From positions 258,015 through 322,014 of the forward strand of contig CAVTYZ010000022.1 of the NCBI GenBank assembly GCA_963739035.1: DNA of 64,000 nucleotides, written 5' to 3'. Under the pieces are notes generated by a model. That model did no database searches, was not told the origin of the DNA, and saw nothing but the letters and a program-made list of their open reading frames with translations. The stretch is from an uncultured Acidobacteriota bacterium. GTDB taxonomy: Bacteria; Acidobacteriota; Vicinamibacteria; Vicinamibacterales; SCN-69-37. Below are positions 1 to 10,636 of the stretch, in pieces. Made by a program: the position numbers and the translations under genes. How positions within the stretch are numbered: position 1 is the stretch's first letter; each line of letters starts with the position of its first letter.

Positions 1-1
1 C

Positions 2-835
2 TCCATTCGGCGGAACCACGTCGCGCTCAAGGGGCCGGTCACGACACCGGTGGGCGGCGGGTTCGCCAGCGTGAACGTTGAAATCCGGAAGACGCTCAAC
101 CTTTTTGCCAATCTTCGCCCGGTCGCGAATCTCCCGGGCGTCTCGAGCCGGTTTCAGAACGTGGATCTCGTGATTGTTCGGGAGAACACGGAGGACCTGT
201 ACGCGGGCCTCGAGCACGTCGTCGTCCCTGGCGTTGTCGAAAGTCTCAAGATCATTACCGAGAAGGCGTCCACGCGAATCGCAGACTTCGCGTTCGACTA
301 CGCGCGACGATTCGGCCGGAAGAAAGTCGCGGCCATTCACAAGGCCAACATCATGAAGCTCAGCGATGGCCTGTTCATCGAGTGCGCGCGGGCGGTGTCC
401 AAGCGATACGCGGACATCCCGTACGAAGAACGCATTGTGGACGCCGCCTGCATGCACCTCGTCATGAAGCCCGAGCAGTTCGACGTGCTGCTCCTGCCAA
501 ATCTGTACGGCGACATCGTGTCGGACCTCTGTGCAGGCCTCGTCGGCGGGCTCGGAGTCGTGCCCGGCGCCAATCTGGGCGAGCACGACGCGGTGTTTGA
601 AGCCGTCCATGGGACAGCGCCTGACATTGCCGGACGAAATGTCGCAAACCCGACGGCGCTGCTCCTCTCGGCCGTGCTCATGCTGCACCACATCGGCGAG
701 ACCGAGGCCGCCGCGCGTGTGCGAACCGCGCTCCATCGCGTGCTCTCCGCCGGCTCGGTCCGGACGCGCGACCTCGGCGGCTCCGCGACGACGACGGAGT
801 TCGCGGCGGAGATTGTGAGAACTCTGGACGGTGCG
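2..835 (+). CDS. NAD-dependent isocitrate dehydrogenase-type beta-decarboxylating dehydrogenase, C-terminal ~278 aa (5' end off-window)
   Basis: Frame 2 is open from the window edge (SIRRNHVALKGPVTTPVGGGFASVNV). Motifs: RENTEDLYAGLEH, HKANIMKLSDGLF, NLYGDIVSD, HGTAPDIAG. Similarity ends near EIVRTL (~826). There is no in-frame stop; stops at 816 and 853 are in the other two frames. Confidence 0.85.
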
Positions 836-865
836 GTTCAAGGTTCATGCTATAGTTTTCGCCAG

Positions 866-2001
866 GTGCGAGCCGACGACATCACGCAGGCAGTCCTGGC
901 ACGCAATGATGTGGCGAAGTATCTCCGCTCCGGCGGGGCCTCACCTGAAGACGATGCCCAGGAGCGGGTCGAAGCCTATCTCGACGAGCTTCGCACGACG
1001 CAGCGCTACCGCTTCTATCGCGCGCTGCAGCATCCGCTCTATCCGATCCTGCGCAAGGTCCGTCGCATCGCCGAACACGTCGAGCTCGCCCGTGAGGCGA
1101 CGACGCGCGGCCGCGTCCTCTATGTCTCGAACCACAAGAGCCATCTCGACTACCTGGTGGAACCGCTGGTGCTCGACGACAACGGCATCCGGCCACCGGT
1201 GGTCGCGGCCGGCATCAATCTCTTCGGCGGACCGCTCGGCCTCCTGCATCGGCACGTCACCGGTGCGATCCCGATCCGGCGCAACAGCAAGGACCCGGTC
1301 TACCTGGCGACGCTCCGCGCGTACATCGCGGAGCTCCTGAATCGCCGGGATCTGCTCTACTACGCGGAGGGTGGTCGCAGCTATACCGGCGACTTCAACG
1401 CGCCCAAGACCGGCTTGCTCCAGGCCGCACTGCAAGCAGACCGCGACCGCCCTGTCCATCGTGCCGATGGCGGTGGCCTACGACCTCGTCCTCGAAGAGC
1501 GCATCATCTCGCGCGAAGCGACGCGCCGGCGTCGTCGCCCGTTCTCCCAGGAAGTCGCGGAGATGGTCCGGCACGCGGTCGGCTACAAGTCGCGCGCGTT
1601 CGTCACCTTCGGCGAGGCGATTCCGCTTGGCCGACTACGATCCGCAGTCGCGGCGCGATCTCGTGTCGCTGACCCATCGCGTCCACGAGGCCGTGGGGTT
1701 GCTGCACAAGGTGCTGCCCACGGCCCTGGTCGCCGCCGCCATGCGGCCTCGCAGCCTGGACGCGGACCTCGTCGGCCGTGTGGACGAGCTCCTGGCGGTG
1801 TTGCGCGCGGAGGGCGCGAACCTGGCGGTCAGTTCTGCACGGCAGGCGGTCGATGAAGGCCTCGAACTTCTCGACGAACGCGGGATCGTCGTCGTCGAAT
1901 CCCGGCGGGGGCGGCGCGCCCGCGTGCGTGACCGTGTCGCGTTGCGCTACTACGCCCGGACCATTCAGCACCTGCTGCACCGATCAAGGATCACGCACTG
2001 A
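866..2001 (+). CDS. PlsB/GPAT-family glycerolipid acyltransferase (two frame jumps in this sequence)
   Basis: GTG start at 866. Acyltransferase motifs NHKSHLDY (HX4D) and YAEGGRSYTG. The homology path runs frame 2 -> frame 3 at ~1440 (SIVPMAVAYDLVLEE) -> frame 1 at ~1626 (DYDPQSRRDLVSL) to the stop at 2001. Confidence 0.7.
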
Positions 2002-2937
2002 TGATTGCAGCGCTGTCGAGAGCGACGTTTACGACTCTCGCCGACAGCCGCACGCTCAAGAAGATCGCATCCCGCTACGGCATGCGGCCGAACGGCTTCG
2101 CGCGCCGTTTCGTGGCAGGCGACACCGTCGAAGAAGCCATCGAGTGCGCGACCCGCCTCGAACGGTCGGGCATGACCGTGACGCTCGATCACCTCGGCGA
2201 GCGCGTCACCACGCGCGAAGAAGCCACGCGGTCCACACGAGAGTACATGGCCATGGTGGAGTCGATCGCCAAGGCCGGCATCAGCCGGAACATCTCGGTG
2301 AAGCTCACGCAGCTCGGCCTCGATATCGACCGCGCGACGTCGGTGGACAACGTCCGCCGCGTGCTCGACGTGGCGTCGAAGGCGGACTTTTTCGTCCGCA
2401 TCGACATGGAAGGATCCGCCTACACCGATCAGACGCTCGAAGCGGTGGACTCGCTCTGGGGCATCGGCTGCCACAACATCGGCGTCGTGATTCAGGCGTA
2501 TCTGAAGCGATCGCCTGAAGACCTCGAGCGCGTTCTGGCGCTCGGCATGCGCGTGCGGCTCGTGAAAGGCGCCTACCGTGAACCGAAGGACGTCGCGTTC
2601 CAGGACAAGGAGGATGTCGACCGCGCCTTCGTGGACCTGATGAGAGTGCTGCTGCGCGACGGGACCTATCCGGCCATCGCCACTCACGACCCGGCGATGA
2701 TCGACGCGACGAAGAAATTTGCCGCCGAGCAGGGCATCGGCAAGTCGACGTTCGAGTTCCAGATGCTCTACGGAATTCGCCGCGATCTCCAGCGGAGCCT
2801 GGTCGCCGAGGGCTATCCGTTCCGCGTCTACGTTCCCTTCGGAACCGACTGGTTCCCGTATTTCATGCGTCGGCTGGGAGAGCGGCCGGCCAACGTCGGG
2901 TTCGTGGTGAAGGGACTCCTCCGACGAAGAGGCCTGA
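2001..2937 (+). CDS. proline dehydrogenase (monofunctional PutA-like PRODH)
   Basis: Motifs: VTLDHLGE, VKLTQLGL, IDMEGSAY, VIQAYLKRS, RLVKGAYRE, FEFQMLYGIR, RRLGERPANV. Similarity ends ~2925. The as-given ORF has no stop until 3203 and overlaps the next gene. A TGA at 2935-2937 is one frame off, so I assume the stop was lost to an indel. Confidence 0.8.
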
Positions 2938-2944
2938 GATCGGC

Positions 2945-3769
2945 GTGTCTCGTCTTGCTCGAAAAATTGTCGCCATCACCGGCGCGTCGGCCGGGATTGG
3001 ACGCGCCACGGCGACTCGCGCGGCCGGCGAGGGCGCGACGGTCGTGCTGCTGGCGCGTCGCTCCGACAAGCTCGACGCGCTGGCGGCGGAGATCCGCGCG
3101 GCGGGAGGACTGGCGCTCGCCGTCGCCGGCGATGTCACCAGTGCGACGGACATGGAATCGCTGGTCGCGCAAGCGGTCGAGGCGTTCGGACGCCTGGACG
3201 TGATGGTCTGCAACGCCGGCATCGGCTACCACGGTCCCCTCGACGAGACGCCGACCGACGTCATGCGTCGCCTGGTGGACGTCAACCTGATGGGCACTCT
3301 CTACGCCGCGCGCGCGGCCCTCCCGGTGATGCGTCGTCAGGGAAGCGGCCACATCATCGCGGTGTCGTCGATCGCCGGCCGACGAGGAGTTGGGGGATCG
3401 AGCGTCTACTCGGCCACGAAAGCCGCGCAGATCGGCTTCATCGAAGGTCTCCGCGCGGAATTTCCCGGCACGGAACTCCACGCGTCCGTGATCTACCCGG
3501 TCTCGACCCTGACCGAGTTCCATGCGGCCATCGCGCGCGACTTCGGACACACGGTCAAAGGCAAGGGTCCCAAGCAATCGGCCGACCGCGTGGCGAGGGC
3601 TATCGTTGAGTGCATGGTGAGTCCCCGCGCCGAGGTGTATCCCTTCGGGCACGCGAAGTGGCTCGCCGTCCTCAGCGTCGTCGCTCCGGCACAGGCGGAC
3701 AGGTTCGTGAAGCGGTTCGGGCGGCGCGCGGTGCCTCGGACGGGATCGGCGGAGCCCGGTGACATCTGA
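2945..3769 (+). CDS. short-chain dehydrogenase/reductase (SDR) family oxidoreductase
   Basis: GTG start. Motifs: ITGASAGIGRATA cofactor motif, CNAGIG, catalytic SSVYSATKAA (Tyr/Lys). Confidence 0.85.
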   Translation: MSRLARKIVAITGASAGIGRATATRAAGEGATVVLLARRSDKLDALAAEIRAAGGLALAVAGDVTSATDMESLVAQAVEAFGRLDVMVCNAGIGYHGPLDETPTDVMRRLVDVNLMGTLYAARAALPVMRRQGSGHIIAVSSIAGRRGVGGSSVYSATKAAQIGFIEGLRAEFPGTELHASVIYPVSTLTEFHAAIARDFGHTVKGKGPKQSADRVARAIVECMVSPRAEVYPFGHAKWLAVLSVVAPAQADRFVKRFGRRAVPRTGSAEPGDI

Positions 3770-5136
3770 GACACCGGACGACGTGCTGGCCCTCGCGCGC
3801 GAGCTGGCCCTGGCCGTCCGATCGGCCGGCGGGCGCGCGCTCATCGTCGGTGGCTGGGTCCGCGACGAGCTGCTTGGTCGCCGGTCCAAGGACCTCGATC
3901 TCGAGGTGTTCGGGCTTCCGGCCGATCGGCTGCGCGCGCTCCTCGACTCCTTCGGCCGCGTGGACACCGTCGGCGAGAGCTTCACCGTCTACAAACTTGG
4001 CGCGATTGACGTGTCGCTGCCCCGCCGCGAGTCCAAGGTCGGTCGCGGCCACAAGGGTTTCGCCGTCGAAGGCGACCCATCCCTGTCGATCACGGAGGCG
4101 GCGCGCCGGCGTGACTTTACCGTCAACGCGATGTCCCGCGATCCGATCACCGGCGAGCTGATCGATCCATTCAAGGGTCAGCGCGACCTGAAGGAACGGC
4201 GCCTTCGGATGGTGGACCGCGGAACGTTTGGCGAAGACAGCCTGCGCGTCCTCCGCGGCGTCCAGTTCGCGGCGCGCTTCGATCTCGTGATGGACGAGGA
4301 CACGAGGGGCGTGTGTCGATCGACCCCGCTGGATGACCTTCCCGCCGAGCGGATTTGGGGCGAGATCGAGAAACTGCTCCTGCAGGCGGATCGGCCGTCG
4401 ATTGGACTGCGGCTCGCCTGGGATCTCCACGTCGTGCATCGACTCCTGCCGGAGCTCGTGCCGCTGGCGACGTGCCGCCAGGATCCGGAGTGGCACCCTG
4501 AAGGCGACGTGTGGACGCACACGCTGATGGTCGTCGACGAGGCCCGGCAGCGTATTGGAGGCCTGGAACGCGGTCCGGCGGTGGCCATGATGCTCGGCGC
4601 CCTGTGTCACGACCTCGGCAAGCCGGAGACCACCATCGACCAGCGACGGCCACGTGAAGTCGCCGGGACACGAGGAGGCCGGCGTTCCGATCGCGACCCT
4701 GGTGCTCGATCGGCTGAACGTCCAGTCGCTCGACGGCTACGACGTGCGCCGCGCCGTGCTCGGACTGGTCGCGGAGCACATGCGGCCGAACGCCTTCCTG
4801 AAATCGGCGACGCCCGTCAGCGACGGCGCGTTCCGGCGGCTCGCGCAGCGCGTGGACCTCGAGCTCCTCGCACGATTCGCGGAGGCTGACTGCCGGGGAC
4901 GCGGCGGCTCATTCGACTGTTCCGGCAGCCAGTGGTTCCTCGACCGCGCGCGCTCCCTGGGCGTCGAGCACGCCCCGCCCGCGCCGCTTGTGCTCGGCCG
5001 TCACTTGCTGGAGCTGGGAGTACCACCAGGTCCGCGCATGGGCGAGATTCTGCGCGCAATCTACGAACAGCAACTCGACGGCGAGATCACGTCGCTCGAC
5101 GAAGGTCTCGTCGTCGCGCGATCCATGACTGGCTAG
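3759..5136 (+). CDS. cca: CCA-adding enzyme / poly(A) polymerase-family tRNA nucleotidyltransferase with HD domain (one frame jump)
   Basis: Motifs: GGWVRDELLG, DLDLEV, RRDFTVNAM, HD motif CHDLGKP. A junction at ~4640 joins the 3759 ORF to the 4654..5136 ORF (SPGHEEAG...). Confidence 0.75.
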
Positions 5137-5921
5137 TCCCTGTACGTCTCCCACTCCGGCTCACTGTCGAAGATCCACCGGTAGTAGTCCGCGCCCTTGA
5201 GGTCAACGGCGGCGGCCTCGTCGACGATCACCGTGCAACGCTCGTGAAGCTGCAGGGCCGTCGCCGAGATCATCGAGGTAATCGGACCCTCGACCGTGCG
5301 AGCCACGATGTCTGCCTTGTTGCTGCCTGTGGCGAGCAGCACGACGCGCCGGGCGTCCAGAATCGTTCCCACGCCCATCGTGATGGCCCGCGTCGGCACC
5401 ATGAACGCGCCGCCGAAGAGCGGCGCATTCTGTTGGATGGTCGTTTGCGTCAGGGCCTTGACGCGCGTGCGAGACCGCAGCGCAGACAGCGGCTCGTTGA
5501 ACCCGATGTGTCCGGAGCGGCCGAGGCCAAGAATCTGGAGGCCGATGCCGCCAGCCTGCTTGATGCGTGCCTCGTACGCCAGGCACTCGGCATCGAGATC
5601 TTTGGCGAGACCGTTCGGCAGGTGCGTATTCCGGCGATCGATGTTCACGCGATTGAAAAAGTGCTCGTCCATGTAGTGCCGGTACCAGTGCTGGTCGTCG
5701 GGTGCCAGCCCGACGTACTCGTCGAGGTTGAACGTCCGGCAGGACGAAAAATCGAGGTCGTCCGACAGGTGCATCTCCACGAGCCGCTCGTAGACCTGCT
5801 CCATCGTCCGCCCGGTTGCGAGGCCGAGCACGAGTGTCGGGTGGGCGTGGATTTCGTGCCCGATCAGGCGCGCCACGAGACGCGCCGCCTCGTCGGCCGT
5901 CGATCGAATGATGACCTCCAT
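5133..5921 (-). CDS. nagB: glucosamine-6-phosphate deaminase
   Basis: Motifs: MEVIIRSTADE, LGLATGRT, FNLDEYVGL, GLGRSGHIGFNEP. ATG 5921 is preferred over the ORF opening at 5951. Confidence 0.9.
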   Translation of the reverse strand: MEVIIRSTADEAARLVARLIGHEIHAHPTLVLGLATGRTMEQVYERLVEMHLSDDLDFSSCRTFNLDEYVGLAPDDQHWYRHYMDEHFFNRVNIDRRNTHLPNGLAKDLDAECLAYEARIKQAGGIGLQILGLGRSGHIGFNEPLSALRSRTRVKALTQTTIQQNAPLFGGAFMVPTRAITMGVGTILDARRVVLLATGSNKADIVARTVEGPITSMISATALQLHERCTVIVDEAAAVDLKGADYYRWIFDSEPEWETYRD

Positions 5922-5983
5922 CGCACGGCATTCTACCGTCAGCGCGTGCAAGAGTCGGCTCCGCGTGTTGTACGCTGACGCCC

Positions 5984-6615
5984 ATGCGCCATCTCGTGCT
6001 CACGCTGTTGCTCGTCGCGACGGGTGTCCCGGCCTGGGCCCAGACGCGCGAGCGGTTACCGCTCTTCGTCGCGGATGCGCGTGGTTTCTACAGCGGGCTT
6101 GGCCGCGACGAGGTGACCGCCGGGGATCTGCTCATCGCGCAGACCAGATGCCCAATCGTGGTTTCGGCGGTGTGACCGGCGTGCACGTCTATCCTTTGCG
6201 CGGGCGCTCGGTCGCGCTCGGCTTTGGCGGCGAGATGATCTTCGCGCGGGGCAGGGCCGTGACGGAGTCGGACGTCGAGGACTTTCCGCCAACCATCGTG
6301 AACCAGCGCCTGTTCGGTTTGTCCGGCCAGTTCTCGCTGAACTTCGGGTACCGCAATGGCTGGAGTTACATCACGAGCGGCATGGGGCCGATGAGGTTCG
6401 GCACGTATCTGACCGACACGGCGCCGCTCGAAAGCGCGCCATCGGACATGACGCTCAACTACGGCGCTGGCGCGCGCTGGTTCGCGTGGCGCCACATCGC
6501 GTTTGCCGTCGACGTGCGCTTCTACGAGACAAAGCCCCAGGACCGGACGGTCTTCTATCCCGGTCGCGGCCGCTCCTCGTTGAGAATCATCTCGGCGGGA
6601 ATCTCGATCAGGTAG
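5984..6615 (+). CDS. putative outer-membrane beta-barrel protein (one frame jump)
   Basis: Signal peptide MRHLVLTLLLVATGVPAWAQ lies in frame 2. An aromatic/Gly-rich beta-strand-like body lies in frame 1 to 6615. Junction at ~6140. Family assignment is weak. Confidence 0.5.
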
Positions 6616-6630
6616 ATGAGCGCAAGACAT

Positions 6631-6744
6631 GGCTTAGGGCAAAGGAGGGTCAGAGGAAAAGGTACAGGAGCGTCACGAGTTCGCGACGGCATAAGGCCGA
6701 GCTTGGCCCGTACGCCTCCTGAGCCCTGTGCCCTCTGCCCTGTC
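6631..6744. repeat. two-arm purine-rich / pyrimidine-rich repeat element between convergent genes
   Basis: Left arm 6631-6670: ggcttagggcaaaggagggtcagaggaaaaggtacaggag. Right arm 6715-6744: cctcctgagccctgtgccctctgccctgtc, an imperfect complement. caggag/ctcctg close a 45-nt loop. Confidence 0.7.
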
Positions 6745-6745
6745 G

Positions 6746-7654
6746 CTAGTTCAAGTTCTTCCTATAGAACTCGAGCACCAGCGGCCACGCTGCCAGTGAC
6801 GCTTTGAGGTTCGCGCCACCGGCGCCGGCCTGGCCGCCCATGAAGCCGTGACCCGCGCCCTCGAAGGTGTGGACGGTGTAGCTCTTGCCGAGCTTCGTCA
6901 TCGCCGCCTGCGTCGCGGGAATGGTTTCGCCGATGCGCGCGTCATTTCCGGCGTAGAGGCCAAGGACCGGCGCCTTGACGTTGGCGAGCTGCGTCTCGAC
7001 CGTGCCGTCGGCCGTTCCGGGCGCGTCGCCGTAGAACACGACCGCCGCATTGAGCGCCGGCTGTGCCGCCGCGTAGCCGAAGCTTCGCGCGCCGCCCCAG
7101 CAGAAGCCGACGACGCCGACCTTGCCGTTCGACGCCGGCAGCTTCTTCCCGTACTCCATCGCCGCATTGAGTCGCGCGTTCACATCGTCAGCCGTGAGCG
7201 TGCGGATCGCCTGGCCGACGCCCGCGCCGAGCGAGGTGCTGCCGCCGCCGTTCGGCCCCTTCCCTGAGAGAAAATCCGGCACGATCGCGATGAACCCGTC
7301 CTGCGCGAGCTGATCGCCGACGGCGCGGGGAATGTCGCGCATGCCGTTGATGTCGTGAATGACGAGCACGACGCCGGCCTTCGTCGACCGCTCCGGATAG
7401 ACCACCCAGGAGTTCAACAGGCTGCCGTCTGGCAGCTTGATGTCCACCCACTCGCCGTGCCGCGGCGATTCCTTCAGCGCCCGTGCCGCGTGATCGGCCG
7501 TTCCCGCCGGAATTGCGTCGTTCCAGGGCACGTCAATCGGTGGGACTCCGCCCTGCCTGCCGCCCGCACCCATCCCGCCACCCGGCGCCTGCGCGGCGGC
7601 CAGGCCAGGCAGCGTCCCCATCATCGCCACAAGAAACACGAGTCGTCGCACCAT
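6746..7654 (-). CDS. secreted dienelactone hydrolase family protein
   Basis: Signal peptide MVRRLVFLVAMMGTLPGLAAAQA. Motifs: VLVIHDINGM, nucleophile elbow GFCWGG, GAGHGF. A GGGAGG lies just upstream of ATG 7654. Confidence 0.8.
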   Translation of the reverse strand: MVRRLVFLVAMMGTLPGLAAAQAPGGGMGAGGRQGGVPPIDVPWNDAIPAGTADHAARALKESPRHGEWVDIKLPDGSLLNSWVVYPERSTKAGVVLVIHDINGMRDIPRAVGDQLAQDGFIAIVPDFLSGKGPNGGGSTSLGAGVGQAIRTLTADDVNARLNAAMEYGKKLPASNGKVGVVGFCWGGARSFGYAAAQPALNAAVVFYGDAPGTADGTVETQLANVKAPVLGLYAGNDARIGETIPATQAAMTKLGKSYTVHTFEGAGHGFMGGQAGAGGANLKASLAAWPLVLEFYRKNLN

Positions 7655-7693
7655 GAATCCTCCCAAAAGTCGTGACCGATATGATGGGGCCGC

Positions 7694-9550
7694 ATGCCCC
7701 GGAATACACTCCTCGACTTTCTGGAGGACTACTCCCGAGCGGGACGCCGTTTACCTCGTCCATGACGACGGGTATCGGACTCGTCAGGCGACCTACCGCG
7801 AGGTTGGGGAGGCGGCACACCGGTTTGCAGACGTCCTGAGGGCCGCTGGCTTTGTTCCTGAAGACAAGCTCCTCATCTGGTCCGAGAACCGGGCGGAGTG
7901 GGTTGTCGCGCTCTGGGGCAGCCTGATCGCCGGTGTCGTGGTGGTCCCGGTGGACTACCGCGCGTCGTCAGATCTCGTGCGGCGCGTCAGCGGCATCGTG
8001 CGAGCGAAGTGGGTGCTCGTCGGCGACGAAGTGGAGCGGGCAGCCGACGTCACCGGCGAGGTCAGGAAACTGTCGGAGGTCGTCCGGTTGTTCGGAACAG
8101 ACGGCGCCGGAACGAGGTCCGGCGTCGCCGCAGACCGCGAACCCCGTGCCACTGGCCGAGATCATCTTCACGTCGGGCGCGACGGCCGAACCCAAAGGCG
8201 TCACCATCACTCATCGGAACATCCTGGCGAACGTCGTGCCGATCGAGCGGGAGATCGCAAAGTACCGGAAGTACATCTGGCCGTTCCACCCGATTCGGTT
8301 CCTGAATCTCCTTCCGCTCAGCCACATGTTCGGTCAGTCGATGGCGGCCTTCGTGCCGCCGATGCTTTCGGGCACAGTCGTCTTCTCCCACGGCTTCAGC
8401 CCGGTCGAGATCATCCATCAGATCAAATCGCGCCGCGTCTCGGTGCTGGTGTGTGTGCCAAAAGTGCTCGATGTCCTTCGATCGCACGTCGAACGCATCG
8501 CGCCGCACGCGGCCGGCCGGGACACGCTGGCGGGCAAGCACTGGTCACGTCGCTGGTGGCAGTACCGCGACGTGCACCGGCTGCTTGGCTGGAAGTTCTG
8601 GTGCGTGGTGTGCGGCGCGGCACCGCTGGATCCTGAGCTCGAGGCGTTCTGGCGAAAGCTCGGCTTCCTGGTCGTGCAGGGCTACGGACTTACGGAAACC
8701 GCACCGATTGTGACGCTGAATCATCCGCTACGCGCCGGGCAGGGAACGGTCGGCCGGCCCATCGGAGGCGTCGAAATTCGCATCGCGCCGGATGGCGAGA
8801 TTCTCGTTCGCGGGGAGAACGTCACGAAGGGTTACTACGCACCGGGCGGCTCGCCGGGAGCCGATCGGGACGGCTCGTCATTCGCAGACGGCTGGTTCCA
8901 CACGGGAGATATCGGCAGCGTTGGACGACACCGGGCGTCTGCTCATCAAGGGCCGGAAGAAGGAAATGATCGTCACGCCTCAGGGGCTGAATGTCTTCCC
9001 GGAGGACGTGGAACGTGCGTTGACCGCCGAGCCCGGCGTGAAGGACGCGGCCGTGGTTGGCCTCAACGTCAACGGCGAGGAGCGCGTGCACGCGGTGCTC
9101 GTGCTCGCTCCCGGCACGGACGCCGACAGCGTCGTGCGAGGTGCGAACGCCGAGCTCGAAGATCACCAGCGCGTGTGGAGCACGTCTGTGTGGCCAGGCG
9201 CGTCTCTGCCCAGGACGGATGGCACGCAGAAGCTCAAGCGGCGCGACATTCAGCGTTGGGCATCCGGTGGCGCGCCGACCACGGGCGCACCTGCCAGTGC
9301 CGGGACCAGCGTCGCCGAGATCGTTCAACGCTTCGCGCCAAACCGTGAGGTGGAACCGACGACCACGCTCGAGGCGTTGGGTCTGAGCTCGCTCGATCGG
9401 GTCGAGCTGATGATGGCGCTCGAGGAAGCGTTTCAAACGACGCTCGAGGAGAGTGCGCTCGGCAGTGAAAAGACAATTGGAGAGATTGAGGCGCTGATAG
9501 GTGAGCAGGGATCCGTTCCCGGTTCCTCGTTCTCCGGTTCCCCGTTCTAG
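7694..9550 (+). CDS. acyl-AMP/acyl-CoA ligase fused to a carrier-protein (ACP/PCP) domain (three frame jumps)
   Basis: AMP-binding motifs IIFTSGATAEPKGV, QGYGLTETAP, WFHTGDIG, IKGRKKEMIV. Phosphopantetheine-site region LGLSSLDRVELMMALEE. The path runs frame 2 (ATG 7694) -> 3 (~7736) -> 1 (~8140) -> 2 (~8917) to TAG 9550. Confidence 0.75.
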
Positions 9551-9585
9551 CCGAGTCCCAAGCCACGAGCGTCAAGTCTCAAGCC
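9513..9585. repeat. short-period C/T-rich degenerate repeat at the ACP / acyltransferase boundary
   Basis: 7-nt periodic units cgttccc|ggttcct|cgttctc|cggttcc|ccgttct, then tcccaag|ccacgag|cgtcaag|tctcaag. Same style as the intergenic repeat family. Confidence 0.6.
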
Positions 9586-9693
9586 GGACGCCCGGACCTG
9601 ATCGCGTTTCCTTCCTGGAACCGATCGGCGCCCGCGTGGTTCCTGCGCCGACTCAGCCTACCGACCTGGATCCTGCCGCTCGGGCACATCTTC

Positions 9694-10284
9694 ATGTCGA
9701 TGAAGATCGAGGGGCTCGAACATCTTCAGCACCTCGACGGACCCGTGGTTTTTGCCGCGAACCATCAGAGCCACCTCGACACACCGGCGATCATGATGGC
9801 GTTGCCGTCGAAGTGGCGCTATCGGCTTGCGCCCGCGATGGCGAAGGAGTTCTTCAAGGCGCATTTCAACCCCGAGCAGCACAGCCGTGGCGAGTGGTTC
9901 ACGAACAGCCTGAACTACTACCTGTCCTGTGAGTTCTTCAACGCGTTCCCGCTGCCTCAACGTGAGGCCGGCACCCGGCAGACGCTTCGCTACATCGGCG
10001 AAGTACTTGGCGACGGCTACTCGGTGCTCATCTTCCCCGAGGGCAAACGGACGATGACCGGGGACATCGGACGGTTCATGCCTGGCGTGGGCATGATCGG
10101 CGCGAGGCTGTCGGTGCCCGTCGTGCCTGTCCGGTTGGATGGCCTCGAAAAGGTGCTCCACCAGAAGATGAAGTTCCCGGTACGAGGGCCCGTGCGTGTG
10201 GCATTTGGCGCGCCAATCAGACTGACCGGCGAGGACTACGCGTCGCTCGCCGGCCAGGTGGAGCGGGCCGTAAAGAGTCTCTGA
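9694..10284 (+). CDS. lysophospholipid/1-acylglycerol-3-phosphate acyltransferase (LPLAT) domain protein
   Basis: Motifs ANHQSHLD (HX4D) and FPEGKRT. Frame 1 is open and protein-like from 9505 (IAFPSWNRSAPAWFLRRLSLPTWILPL) with no ATG/GTG before 9694, so it may be the third domain of the preceding gene. Confidence 0.75.
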   Translation: MSMKIEGLEHLQHLDGPVVFAANHQSHLDTPAIMMALPSKWRYRLAPAMAKEFFKAHFNPEQHSRGEWFTNSLNYYLSCEFFNAFPLPQREAGTRQTLRYIGEVLGDGYSVLIFPEGKRTMTGDIGRFMPGVGMIGARLSVPVVPVRLDGLEKVLHQKMKFPVRGPVRVAFGAPIRLTGEDYASLAGQVERAVKSL

Positions 10285-10299
10285 GGCCCTCGCAAATCG

Positions 10300-10369
10300 G
10301 GCTTAAGGCTTAAGGCGCAAGGCTTAAGACCGTGCCCGGGCCTGAGCCCTAAGCCTTGGGCCGTGAGCC
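10300..10369. repeat. heptamer repeat hairpin element (GGCTTAA-type arm plus complementary arm)
   Basis: Left arm 10300-10328: ggcttaa|ggcttaa|ggcgcaa|ggcttaa|g. 12-nt spacer. Right arm 10341-10369: cctgagc|cctaagc|cttgggc|cgtgagc|c, an imperfect complement. Confidence 0.8.
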
Positions 10370-10405
10370 GTCTGCTATGCTTAGCGCAATGAAAGGACAG
10401 CGAAT

Positions 10406-10624
10406 TTGAGCAAGGACGACCTGATAGACGTTCAGGGCACGGTCGTCGCCGTTCACAGCGGCGGCCTTTACAGGGTGCAAGTGGAGTCAGGCCACGAGGT
10501 CCTGGCCCAGCTCAGCGGCAGAATGCGCCGCTTCCGCATCAAGGTCGTGCCCGGTGATCGCGTGACTGTCGGCGTTTCACCCTACGACCCCGTCCGCGGC
10601 ATCATCACCTTCCGCGCTCGATAG
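10406..10624 (+). CDS. infA: translation initiation factor IF-1
   Basis: 72 aa with a TTG start. S1-like sequence LYRVQVESGHEVLAQLSGRMRRFRIKVVPGDRVTVGVSPYD. Confidence 0.95.
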   Translation: MSKDDLIDVQGTVVAVHSGGLYRVQVESGHEVLAQLSGRMRRFRIKVVPGDRVTVGVSPYDPVRGIITFRAR

Positions 10625-10636
10625 CTTGCCAGCCTC

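Noticed and set aside
2001-3203. 400-aa proline dehydrogenase ORF overlapping the SDR gene by ~260 nt
   Set aside because: PRODH similarity stops at ~2925. The overlapping tail is low-complexity Arg/Ala/Pro/Ser sequence, and a stop lies one frame away at 2935. It is treated as a lost stop rather than a real extension.
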